Shown: positions 37,799 through 46,713 of the stretch, piece after piece
How positions within the stretch are numbered: position 1 is the first letter of the stretch
How the letters are laid out: every line of letters begins with the position of its first letter
Source: Synergistaceae bacterium
GTDB lineage: Bacteria; Synergistota; Synergistia; Synergistales; Synergistaceae
Length of the DNA: 64,000 nt
Direction: 5' to 3'
Assembly (NCBI GenBank): GCA_031257775.1
Contig: JAIROA010000033.1
Coordinates: forward strand, 1,321 to 65,320
The notes under the pieces: model-generated
Told to the model about the DNA's origin: nothing
Database searches by the model: none
What the model saw: only the letters and a program-made list of their open reading frames with translations
Position numbers and translations under genes: made by a program

Positions 37799-37829
37799 TT
37801 GACAATACTCCTGGGAATTGTTGTATAAT
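37799..37829 (+). promoter_or_regulatory. candidate sigma-70 promoter for nifS-nifU-MOSC
   Basis: TTGACA (37799-37804) and TATAAT (37824-37829). By my count the spacer is 19 nt, which is longer than optimal. Confidence 0.4.
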
Positions 37830-37866
37830 ATATATCGGTTGTGAAATTTGCATAGAGGTGATAGAG

Positions 37867-39033
37867 GTGGAAACACGGAAAGTTTATCTTGACAACTCTG
37901 CCACCGCTTCGGTGGCAGAAGAGGTATTAAGCGCCATGCTGCCGTATTTCAGGGAGAGCATGGGCAATCCGAACAGCCTGCACTCGTGGGGGCGGGACGC
38001 GCGGCGGGCTGTCGACGAGGCGAGGGAGAGCGTGTCCGCGCTCATCGGCGCTTCTCCGAACGAGATAGTGTTCACAGGCGGCGGAAGCGTCTCCGACAAC
38101 CTCGCGATAAAGGGCGCCGTCTGGAGCGCGAAAGAAGAGAAAAAGCACATAATCACTTCCGCCGTGGAACACCACGCCGTTCTCGACACATTCAAGTGGC
38201 TGGGCAAGAGGGGCTGCGACGTTACGTTCCTGCCGGTCGACGAATACGGCATGACAAGCCCTGAGTCGCTCGCCAGCGCCATAAGAAGCGATACGCTCCT
38301 GGCAAGCGTGATGTACGCGAACAACGAGGTCGGCACGATAAACCCCATAGCGAAGCTGGGCGGAATATGCCGCGAAAAGGGCGTGCTGTTCCACACGGAC
38401 GCCGTGCAGGCGGCGGGGCATATCCCCATTGACGTAAAGGAGCTGCCCGTCGACATGATGACGATGTCCGCTCACAAGATGTACGGCCCGAAGGGCATCG
38501 GGGCTCTTTATATCCGCAAGGGCATAAAGCTCACTCCGCTCGTCCACGGAGGGGGGCAGGAATTCGGCCTCTACTCCGGGACGGAGAACGTGCCGTCCAT
38601 AGTCGGAATGGGAGCTGCCGCGAGAATAGCGCTCAAGCTTCACGAGGCCGGGGAGGCGCGGCGAGTCGCGGAGCTGCGTGATATGCTGCTAGACGGCATA
38701 ACTGCCCGCATCCCGGATTCTTTCGTCACGGGGCACAGGACGGAGCGCCTGCCGTACCACGCCAGCGTCTGCGTGAAACGCGTCGAGGGCGAGGGGATGC
38801 TGCTTCGGATGGACTTCGCGGGCATAGGCGTATCGAGCGGCAGCGCGTGCACGTCAGGCAGCCTGGAGCCAAGCCACGTTCTGCTGGCCATGGGGCTCGA
38901 CCACGCGACGGCGCACGGTTCCGTGCGCCTGACGCTCAGCATCGACACGGTCCGCGACGACATAGAATACGTTTTGGAAAAGTTCCCTCCGATAGTGGAG
39001 ACGCTTAGAAAAATGTCTCCATATAAAGGATAA
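37867..39033 (+). CDS. nifS: cysteine desulfurase (NifS/IscS class)
   Basis: VYLDNSATASV, the PLP-Lys context SAHKMYGPKGIGALY, and the active-site loop SSGSACTSG. I prefer GTG 37867, which follows AGAGGTG, over the longest ORF start at 37744. Confidence 0.9.
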   Translation: METRKVYLDNSATASVAEEVLSAMLPYFRESMGNPNSLHSWGRDARRAVDEARESVSALIGASPNEIVFTGGGSVSDNLAIKGAVWSAKEEKKHIITSAVEHHAVLDTFKWLGKRGCDVTFLPVDEYGMTSPESLASAIRSDTLLASVMYANNEVGTINPIAKLGGICREKGVLFHTDAVQAAGHIPIDVKELPVDMMTMSAHKMYGPKGIGALYIRKGIKLTPLVHGGGQEFGLYSGTENVPSIVGMGAAARIALKLHEAGEARRVAELRDMLLDGITARIPDSFVTGHRTERLPYHASVCVKRVEGEGMLLRMDFAGIGVSSGSACTSGSLEPSHVLLAMGLDHATAHGSVRLTLSIDTVRDDIEYVLEKFPPIVETLRKMSPYKG

Positions 39034-39057
39034 AGGGCGAGGACAGGGGGAGGAAAA

Positions 39058-39528
39058 ATGTATAACGAAAAAGTCGTGGATTATTTCATGAACCCGCGCA
39101 ATGTCGGTTCCCTTCCCGATGCCAACGGCATTGGAGAAGTGGGCAACCCGCGATGCGGGGATGTCATGAAGATTTATCTGGACGTGGATGAAAACGAAGT
39201 GATAAAGGACGTCAGGTTCGAGACATTCGGATGCGCGGCCGCGATAGCGACTAGCTCGATGGCCACTGAGATGGTGAAGGGCTTGACGCTAGACGAAGCG
39301 CTTAAAGTGACGAACAAGGACGTGGCGGGAGAGCTTGGAGGGCTCCCTCCGCAGAAGCTGCACTGTTCCCTCTTAGCTGAGGAAGCCCTGCGGGCGGCCA
39401 TCCTGGACTACCGCAGCCGCAAGGACGGGACGGCACCGGCAAGCGGATGCGCGGGCTGCTGCAACGCCTGCACGGAGTACGAGGAAGACGAGAGCTACGT
39501 GTCGGAGATGTCGAGAGTTGCCGATTGA
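39058..39528 (+). CDS. nifU: Fe-S cluster assembly scaffold NifU/IscU-like
   Basis: Three scaffold cysteines in NPRCGDVM, FETFGCAAAIATSS and KLHCSLLAEEAL. Has a Cys-rich C-terminal extension (GCAGCCNAC). Confidence 0.9.
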   Translation: MYNEKVVDYFMNPRNVGSLPDANGIGEVGNPRCGDVMKIYLDVDENEVIKDVRFETFGCAAAIATSSMATEMVKGLTLDEALKVTNKDVAGELGGLPPQKLHCSLLAEEALRAAILDYRSRKDGTAPASGCAGCCNACTEYEEDESYVSEMSRVAD

Positions 39529-39973
39529 CGGGAATATCCCTCCTGGCAGGGTGATAGCGGTCTGCGTTTCCTCTTCGAAAGGCACGGTCAAGCAGAACGT
39601 CGGAAGCGGAAAGCTCATAGAGGAGTATGGAATCGAAGGGGACGCGCACGGCGGCTTCGCTCACAGGCAGGTGAGCCTCATCGCGTCCGAGGACATCGAG
39701 ACTATGAGGGCAAAGCTGCCGGATCTTGAGCCTGGAAGTTTCGCGGAGAACATCACGACCGAAGGCTTCGATCTTTCAGCGCTTGCGCTCGGGAACAGGA
39801 TTTCGGTGGGCGATTGCCTCTTAGAGGTGAGCCAGATCGGCAAAGAGTGCCATACGAAGTGCCAGGTATTCCAGAAAACGGGCGACTGCATCATGCCTAA
39901 AAAAGGGATATTTTGCCGCGTTATAAAGGGAGGCGCAGTGCGGACCGGAGACGTCATAGCTTTTTCAGCCTAA
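39518..39973 (+). CDS. MOSC domain-containing protein
   Basis: 151 aa. GIEGDAHGG ... RQVSLIASE ... ENITTEG ... GDCLLEVSQIGKECH is a MOSC beta-barrel signature with a conserved Cys. Overlaps the nifU end by 11 nt. Confidence 0.8.
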   Translation: MPIDGNIPPGRVIAVCVSSSKGTVKQNVGSGKLIEEYGIEGDAHGGFAHRQVSLIASEDIETMRAKLPDLEPGSFAENITTEGFDLSALALGNRISVGDCLLEVSQIGKECHTKCQVFQKTGDCIMPKKGIFCRVIKGGAVRTGDVIAFSA

Positions 39974-40010
39974 AAAAGCCTCTTGCAACGTCATCTAGAA
40001 CGATTTGACG

Positions 40011-40029
40011 GCCCCGCAAGGGGCTTTTT
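40011..40029 (+). terminator. intrinsic terminator after the MOSC gene
   Basis: GCCCC-GCAA-GGGGC followed by TTTTT. Confidence 0.7.
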
Positions 40030-40059
40030 AAATTCACGGTTGAAGAAACGAGGTTTGCG

Positions 40060-41133
40060 ATGATACGGCTCGATTGCGTAAGCAAAATTTTCAAAGTGAG
40101 CGAACCAGGCAGCGCTTCAAAAAAAGACTTTCACGCCCTGCGCGATGTCTCGCTTGAGATAGAAAACGGCTCGATCTACGGCATAATCGGCCGCAGCGGC
40201 GCCGGAAAGAGCACATTAATCAGATGCGTCAACCTGCTGGAGCGCCCCACTGCTGGCAGGGTGTTCATAAACGGCGTCGAGATGACCTCGCTGAAAGAGG
40301 CAAAGCTCCGGGCGGCAAGAAGGAAAATAGGCATGATCTTCCAATCCTTCAACCTGCTGGCGAACAGGACGGCATTCGGGAACATCGCGTTCCCCCTTGA
40401 GCTGGAACGCTGGACCAGGCAGGATATAGCCGACAGGGTACATGAGATAGCGGCGCTCGTCGGCATCACGGACAAGCTCGACCAATATCCCTCGCAGCTC
40501 TCCGGCGGGCAGAAACAGAGGATCGGCATCGCGAGGGCATTAGCGAACCGCCCCGACCTGCTGCTCTCCGATGAGGCCACATCCGCCCTCGACCCGCAGA
40601 CCACGAAGTCCGTGCTTACGCTCCTCAAGGACATAAACGACAAGCTCGGGCTTACCGTAATCCTGATCACTCACGAGATGGACGTGATAAAGGAGATATG
40701 CGACTCTGTGGCGGTGCTGGACTCTGGCGAGATCGTGGAGGAAGGCCCGGTTCTCAAGATCTTCACGGCGCCGATAAAGAGCGTCACGAAGGAACTTCTG
40801 GCACATGTGCTAAGGACGCGGCTTCCTGACTCGCTCGCCGGCCTCGAGTTCACACGGGAGCGCGGAAACCGCCAGGCGGACGTGCTGCTCCGGCTTTCGT
40901 TCTTCGGCAATGTCGCCGCGCAGCCGATAATTTCGGATATCGTCCGTAAATTTGACGTGGACGTGAACATCCTGGCCGCACAGCTCGACCATGTCAGGAC
41001 GACCCCATACGGGACGATCGTCGTGCAGCTCTCAGGAGGGGACAGGGAGGAAGCTATCGAGTACCTGCTGGATTTGAATCTGAAAGCCGAGGTGATGGGA
41101 TATGTCGCAAGATCTGGCGACATTACTTATTAA
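40060..41133 (+). CDS. metN: methionine ABC transporter ATP-binding protein MetN
   Basis: Walker A GRSGAGKST, signature LSGGQKQR, Walker B LLLSDEATSALD, and a C-terminal NIL domain. Confidence 0.9.
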   Translation: MIRLDCVSKIFKVSEPGSASKKDFHALRDVSLEIENGSIYGIIGRSGAGKSTLIRCVNLLERPTAGRVFINGVEMTSLKEAKLRAARRKIGMIFQSFNLLANRTAFGNIAFPLELERWTRQDIADRVHEIAALVGITDKLDQYPSQLSGGQKQRIGIARALANRPDLLLSDEATSALDPQTTKSVLTLLKDINDKLGLTVILITHEMDVIKEICDSVAVLDSGEIVEEGPVLKIFTAPIKSVTKELLAHVLRTRLPDSLAGLEFTRERGNRQADVLLRLSFFGNVAAQPIISDIVRKFDVDVNILAAQLDHVRTTPYGTIVVQLSGGDREEAIEYLLDLNLKAEVMGYVARSGDITY

Positions 41134-41764
41134 AGGACTTGCCGATACACTATATATGATAGGAGCGTCTTCAGCGATATCGTTTCTGTTCGGCCTGCCG
41201 CTTGGGGTCATTCTCTCCGTCACCGCGCCCGGCGGGATACTTATGAACAGGACTCTTTACAGCTCGCTCTCCTTGCTGGTCAACGTCGGCAGATCAGTAC
41301 CGTTCATAATCCTGATGGTGGCGATAATACCGTTCACGAGGCTCATCGCAGGCACATCCATCGGGACTAACGCCGCCATCGTGCCTCTTTCCGTCTCCGC
41401 TATCCCTTTTGTGGGCAGAGTGGTTGAGACTGCCCTGCGCGAGATAGACGACGGCATAATAGAAGCCGCGCTCGCTATGGGCGCCTCCCCGTTCGAAATC
41501 ATCAGGAAGGTCCTCCTGCCGGAAGCGCTTCCCTCCATAATCTCAGGGCTCACGCTAACCGTAATAAGCCTTATAGGCTACTCGGCGATGGCCGGTGCCA
41601 TAGGCGGAGGGGGGCTGGGCGACATAGCCATCCGCTACGGGTACCAGCGCTTCATGCCGGACGTGATGCTCGCGACGGTCATCGTTCTTGTGCTGATGGT
41701 GCAGCTCTTTCAGTTTGCGGGCGACAGGCTTTCGGGCATCACGAGGCACGACAAAAAAAGCTAA
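41102..41764 (+). CDS. metI: methionine ABC transporter permease MetI
   Basis: 220 aa. Has the EAA-type loop (IIEAALAMGASPFEIIRKVLLPEA) and follows metN with an overlap. Confidence 0.9.
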   Translation: MSQDLATLLIKGLADTLYMIGASSAISFLFGLPLGVILSVTAPGGILMNRTLYSSLSLLVNVGRSVPFIILMVAIIPFTRLIAGTSIGTNAAIVPLSVSAIPFVGRVVETALREIDDGIIEAALAMGASPFEIIRKVLLPEALPSIISGLTLTVISLIGYSAMAGAIGGGGLGDIAIRYGYQRFMPDVMLATVIVLVLMVQLFQFAGDRLSGITRHDKKS

Positions 41765-41825
41765 AGATGATATGATACGCTCCGTGTCCGCGATACCCGG
41801 CACTTAGGATTATAGGAGTGAAGTT

Positions 41826-43211
41826 ATGAAAAACGCGCCCGACAGGACATTTATGGAAAAGGAGGCGATCTTCCGCCTCCTCGCCCGTTTCGCGGGGCCA
41901 GCCTTGATCGGGATGGTCTCAAACGCTCTTTACAACATAGTGGACAGGATTTTCGTCGGCCAGATAGTCGGGGCGCGGGGCATTGCCTCCATCGCGCTCG
42001 CGTTTCCCTGTATGCTCTTTTTCGCCTCGGCTGCGACTCTGATCGGGATCGGGGCAGCTTCGCTGATATCAATCCAGCTCGGCGAGAAAAAAAGGAAACA
42101 CGCCGAACAAACGCTTGGGAACGCGGTATTCCTGGCTATAGCGTCATCGGCGCTCTTCTGGATCATAGGGGCGCTCTTTTTTGAGAATATACTGCGCCTT
42201 TCGGGAGCAAGCGACGCCGTTCTCCCCATGGCCTCAGGATACCTGTCGATAATACTCTGCGGCATTCCGCTCGGGGTAATCGGCTTCTCGCTCTCAAATC
42301 AGATTCGGGCCTGCGGCAGCCCGCTTTACGCTATGGGAAGCCAGATGTCCGGCGCCATAGCGAACGTGATCCTGGACGCATGGTTCGTAATCGGGCTCGG
42401 GATGGGGGTGGAAGGCGCGGCTATCGCTACCGTCATCAGCCAGGGCGTCTCTATGGCCTGGTGCCTGTCATATTTCGTGACGGGCAAATCGGCGCTCCGG
42501 CTTCGCGCCATGTTCATCCTGCGCCCAAACCACCAGACCATCTACAGGATTTTCGAGATAGGGATCCCGGCTTGCATCGTGAACATGAACTTCGTCCTCG
42601 TTCACGCTTTCATCACGAACGCGTCCAGCTCCTACGGCGGCGACCTGGCGGTATCGGCCACCGGGATATTCATGAGCATGGACTCGCTGCTCTTCATGCC
42701 GGGCGTCGCCATCGCCGATGCCTGCCAGCCGATAGTAGGTTTCAACTACGGCGCCGGCAAAATCGACAGAGTGATAAGCACAGCCCTGACAGGCGTTTTG
42801 ATATCCTCGTTCTTTTACGCGGCAAGCTTCATCGCGGTCATGCTATTCGCGGATAAGATGGCTATGATCTTCAACTCGGCGGATACGGAGCTGATAGCTC
42901 TTGCCGCCAATGCCCTACGCGTAACGTACATCGGGGTGCCCGTCGCCGGCATTTCCGTCGTGACGTCATCGTTCCTGCAGGGCCTCGGAAGGGGAAAAGA
43001 CGGGCTTATCCTGGCGTTTGCGAGGTTCGGGATATTCCTATGGGGGCCTCTTCTGACTTTGCCGAAGCGTTTCGGGGTATACGGCGCGTGGGGCAGTTTC
43101 CCGGTGTCGGATGTCTGCGGCGCTATCGTGTGCGTCTTTGCGCTTATCCGCACCATTAAGGGGCTGAAAAAGGTCAGCGTGCCGATGAGCCGGATCGCTG
43201 AGACTGAATGA
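41826..43211 (+). CDS. MATE family efflux transporter
   Basis: 461 aa, about 12 TM segments. The N-terminal context (FAGPALIGMVSNALYNIVDRIFVG) is typical of MATE transporters. Confidence 0.85.
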   Translation: MKNAPDRTFMEKEAIFRLLARFAGPALIGMVSNALYNIVDRIFVGQIVGARGIASIALAFPCMLFFASAATLIGIGAASLISIQLGEKKRKHAEQTLGNAVFLAIASSALFWIIGALFFENILRLSGASDAVLPMASGYLSIILCGIPLGVIGFSLSNQIRACGSPLYAMGSQMSGAIANVILDAWFVIGLGMGVEGAAIATVISQGVSMAWCLSYFVTGKSALRLRAMFILRPNHQTIYRIFEIGIPACIVNMNFVLVHAFITNASSSYGGDLAVSATGIFMSMDSLLFMPGVAIADACQPIVGFNYGAGKIDRVISTALTGVLISSFFYAASFIAVMLFADKMAMIFNSADTELIALAANALRVTYIGVPVAGISVVTSSFLQGLGRGKDGLILAFARFGIFLWGPLLTLPKRFGVYGAWGSFPVSDVCGAIVCVFALIRTIKGLKKVSVPMSRIAETE

Positions 43212-43262
43212 CGTTTTTAAATAAATTCTAAATTCACGCATCATGGCATAGGAGGAAAGTCA

Positions 43263-44888
43263 GTGCTAATTACAGATTTTTTGAGCCGAAACGCCCTGTC
43301 AAAAGGAATGGATGTCGCGATAACTGAGATCAGCCCGAAGGCATCAGGCGGCAGTACCGTCTCCTTGAGGGAACCTGATGACACCGGAAGCTATCCAGAC
43401 AGCGCGGCGCGGCGCGAGATGACATGGGAATATTTTGACAGGCAGGCAAACAGAGTGGCTAATTTCTGCCTTAGCCGGGGGATCGGACACGGCAATAAAG
43501 CCGCAATGCTCATGATGAACTCGCTCGAATGGTTTCCCATATACTTCGGGATATTGAGAAGCGGGGCCACGGTCGTCCCGATAAGCTTCAGATACACCAA
43601 AGAAGAGGTCAGTGGCTGCCTGGAACTGACCGGCACGGACGCAATATTCTTCGGGCCTGAATTCTCCGGCATTATCGAGGACATCCACGGCAAGATCCCA
43701 GCTCTCGCCACGTATGTGTTTGTCGGGCAAGGCATCCCTGAAAACGCCGATTTCGCGCTGAACTACCGCCAGAGCGTGGGGGATTTCCCCAGCGAGGATC
43801 CTGGGGTCGATATCGCCACAGAAGACGACGCCGCGATATACTTCACGTCGGGAACAACCGGCAAGCCAAAGGCGATACTGCAGACACACGCAAGCTTAGT
43901 CTCCGTCTGCCTCACCGAGCAGAGAAACCACAGCCAGACAGAGGACGACGTATTCCTGTGCATGGCGCCGCTATTCCACACCGGCTCGATGATGCACTGG
44001 CTCGGAAGCCTCATATCGTGCGGCGGCGCCGTGCTGCTGAGAGAGCCGAAGCCCGAATCCATCCTGAACGTTGCATCCCGCGAGGGCGTGACCATCGCCT
44101 TCATGCTCGTCCCGTGGGCACAGGATCTCCTGCAGGCCCTTGAAAGCGGCAATCTCCTCCTTTCCGATTACGAACTTGGCCAATGGAGGCTCATGCACAT
44201 AGGGGCTCAGCCGGTCCCAGTCGAGCTGATCTCAAGGTGGAGAAAGTATTTCCCTGATCAGCAGTACGACACGAACTACGGTCTGAGCGAGGCAATGGGG
44301 CCAGGCTGCGTCCATCTAGGCGTGGACAACTCTCACAAGATCGGCGCGATAGGAAAGCCAGGCGAGGGGTGGCAAGCCCGGATAGTCGACGACGACGGCA
44401 ATCCGCTTCCGCAAGGGAAAATAGGCGAGCTTATCGTAAAGGGCCCGAGCGTCATGAAATGCTACTACAAAGACGAGGAATCCACGTCCCTGGCGCTTAA
44501 AGGCGGATGGCTCTTTACAGGCGACATGGGATACGTTGACGAGGATGGCTTTATATTTCTGGTGGACAGGAAGAAGGACATCATCATAAGCGGCGGCGAG
44601 AACATATTCCCCATCCAGATCGAGGATCATATCAGGCAGTTGAGCCAAGTCCTTGACGTTGCCGTCATCGGCGCATGTCATAAACGGCTCGGAGAGGTGC
44701 CGATCGCTATAGTATCGCTCAAGCCCGACTGCGAGTGCGACGAGGAGGAAATTATGGCACACTGCGAGGAACTGCCGCGCTACAAACGCCCCAGGCGCTG
44801 CATCTTTGGAGACGTGCCGAGAAACCCGACCGGCAAGATAGAAAAACCGCGCCTCAGGGCCATGTACAAAGACGCGCTATCGAATTAA
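43263..44888 (+). CDS. AMP-dependent acyl-CoA synthetase/ligase
   Basis: AMP-binding motif IYFTSGTTGKPKA, then YGLSE, GELIVKG, TGDMGYVDEDGF and a C-terminal PRNPTGKI. GTG start. Confidence 0.85.
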   Translation: MLITDFLSRNALSKGMDVAITEISPKASGGSTVSLREPDDTGSYPDSAARREMTWEYFDRQANRVANFCLSRGIGHGNKAAMLMMNSLEWFPIYFGILRSGATVVPISFRYTKEEVSGCLELTGTDAIFFGPEFSGIIEDIHGKIPALATYVFVGQGIPENADFALNYRQSVGDFPSEDPGVDIATEDDAAIYFTSGTTGKPKAILQTHASLVSVCLTEQRNHSQTEDDVFLCMAPLFHTGSMMHWLGSLISCGGAVLLREPKPESILNVASREGVTIAFMLVPWAQDLLQALESGNLLLSDYELGQWRLMHIGAQPVPVELISRWRKYFPDQQYDTNYGLSEAMGPGCVHLGVDNSHKIGAIGKPGEGWQARIVDDDGNPLPQGKIGELIVKGPSVMKCYYKDEESTSLALKGGWLFTGDMGYVDEDGFIFLVDRKKDIIISGGENIFPIQIEDHIRQLSQVLDVAVIGACHKRLGEVPIAIVSLKPDCECDEEEIMAHCEELPRYKRPRRCIFGDVPRNPTGKIEKPRLRAMYKDALSN

Positions 44889-44900
44889 TGAACTCTTGAT

Positions 44901-44961
44901 AAAAAATATCCCGCAAGCCGCCGCAAGCGCAGGCCCGGCGTTATCTCCGGGCACCTTGCGG
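44901..44961 (-). terminator. possible composite hairpin terminator at the 3' end of the 586-aa orphan gene
   Basis: CCGCAAG (44921-27) pairs with CTTGCGG (44955-61), and an inner GCCCGG (44933-38) pairs with CCGGGC (44947-52). A T6 tract lies on the minus sense at 44901-06, offset from the stem. The geometry is imperfect. Confidence 0.35.
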
Positions 44962-46701
44962 CTGCTTGCTGTCGCTCGTGACGCCAGATTTCTGCTTGAA
45001 GAAAGTCTTGAACCATTTCGACACCTCGCGCGGGAGTATCTTGTAGCCTTTGCGCTCCTTCGAAATCCACAGGAAATAGTCGTTGAAGAACGACTCCTGC
45101 AGCGCCCTGATCCCCTTGCCCTTGTTAGCTTTCAGTAACGCGTACGTGTCCTTGAGGGTTCTGTCTTCGTCGTTGTCCCACCTGAAAGCCGCCAGCGCGA
45201 AGCAAAAATCCTTGACATCCGACACCGCTGGAAATATCGGGATGATAAGGCTGTTGTCTTCCCAGTCATATACCCCCAGCCCCTGGCCAGGGACGAGTAT
45301 GACTCTCGGGATCCCGTACATCCTTATGCGGGAGGCCCTCAGCATGTCCGGATCGAGCGGGGTGAGATCCATCATTATCTCGCCGGCCCTCTGGGCGGAT
45401 ATGGGGACGCTTCTGTTCTGGCATAGCGGGGATTCGTCGAGCCTCGCCGTGTGGGCGGCAAGGAGCATGAACTCCCTTTTGTGGCTAATCCCCTCCCTGA
45501 GTTCCAGCTTCATGGCCGGGATGCCCTGCCCCTTGAATTTTTTCTTAGCCATCTCGCTCCTGGTCTTCCACCGCTCCGATTCATTCGTGACGTGGACGAT
45601 CAGCCCCGCGAGGAACTTTGTCTTGTCGTGCAGTGACAGCACGTTCTGTATTATCTTGAGGGACTGATCCAGTGCCTCGCCCTGCTCTTTTTTGTCCCGG
45701 GCCGGCGTTTCGGGCTGGTCATCGACCGAACCCTCGTAGCAGGGCGCTTCCGCCTCGGATTCTTCCCTTTCCTCGGTTTTTTGCTCCGCCGGCGCCGCTT
45801 TTTTTGCCGGAACGTCGTCTATCTCGGCAAACGGGTCAAAGGCCGCGAGCGGATCATGAGTCTCCGGCTCATCGCTTGCGGCAGGCGCCTCAGGCTGCGG
45901 CGCTTCAGGCTCGTTTGCCTTCGTGAGCTTCCTTTCGAGGCTGTCCATCAGATACCATAGCGTCCGCTCCGCTGTTTCGTAATTTTTGCAGCGTTCTTTT
46001 ATTATGCTTCTTGTCTTATTATCGGCCTCGCGAATCCGTTTCGTCCGCATGTCCGTCTCAATGGCATCATGCAGGCCCTCTTCGAGGTTCTTCAGAAGCT
46101 CGGACAGATCCTGTTTTTCTATGAGCCCCGTAGCGTTAAATAACGTATTCATGGCAAGGCGCCTTCTCGTCTGCGCCGTCCTCAGCTCGCCGTTAAAGCG
46201 TTTCAGCTTCTCATCGAGCGGCACTCCGCCGGACGGGCCGTCATAGCTCTTGCCGAATATGAGCGCGTAGTTCTCCTCCAGGTAGTCCGTCAGGCGGTTG
46301 TACTGGTACATATCGACTGCTGAGGGCTGCCCTATCTGCTCGCCAAACGACGCGTTTGGGACCGTGTACTCTGAGCATAGGTGGCCGAAATCTATAAATA
46401 GGCGCTCGGGTGGGGCGAACTCTAGCTTTTCTGGAGGGCCCGCGTCGATCTTCGCCTCCACGATAGCCCAGAGAACCTCCCAGAAATGGGCTGCTGCCTT
46501 CTGCCAGACGATGCGTGCCTTCTTGCGTGTCTCCGTGTCCGAAGCCCCGCGAAGCTTCGCCATGTTCCTGCCTAGAATCTGCATCTGCGAAGCCAGGGTG
46601 GCGACGTTTTTGTTTTCTTTCCAGTTAGCCGCTATCCAGCCGATGGCGTCGTCAATTTTTTTAAAATCGTCGGAATTTCCGCAAACCTCAGTAAGAGACA
46701 T
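44941..46701 (-). CDS. hypothetical protein, 586 aa, tripartite with acidic/Pro-rich linker
   Basis: Long ORF with a GGGGAG SD 7 nt upstream of the ATG. The antisense frames are Ser/Arg/Pro-rich shadows. No motif I can place. Confidence 0.7.
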   Translation of the reverse strand: MSLTEVCGNSDDFKKIDDAIGWIAANWKENKNVATLASQMQILGRNMAKLRGASDTETRKKARIVWQKAAAHFWEVLWAIVEAKIDAGPPEKLEFAPPERLFIDFGHLCSEYTVPNASFGEQIGQPSAVDMYQYNRLTDYLEENYALIFGKSYDGPSGGVPLDEKLKRFNGELRTAQTRRRLAMNTLFNATGLIEKQDLSELLKNLEEGLHDAIETDMRTKRIREADNKTRSIIKERCKNYETAERTLWYLMDSLERKLTKANEPEAPQPEAPAASDEPETHDPLAAFDPFAEIDDVPAKKAAPAEQKTEEREESEAEAPCYEGSVDDQPETPARDKKEQGEALDQSLKIIQNVLSLHDKTKFLAGLIVHVTNESERWKTRSEMAKKKFKGQGIPAMKLELREGISHKREFMLLAAHTARLDESPLCQNRSVPISAQRAGEIMMDLTPLDPDMLRASRIRMYGIPRVILVPGQGLGVYDWEDNSLIIPIFPAVSDVKDFCFALAAFRWDNDEDRTLKDTYALLKANKGKGIRALQESFFNDYFLWISKERKGYKILPREVSKWFKTFFKQKSGVTSDSKQPQGARR

Positions 46702-46713
46702 CCTGCCACTCCC

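Noticed and set aside
39974-40059. Possible SAM (S-box) riboswitch upstream of metN.
   Set aside because: Only 86 nt are available, and most of that is taken up by the MOSC-gene terminator. None of the conserved S-box helices or sequence blocks is visible.
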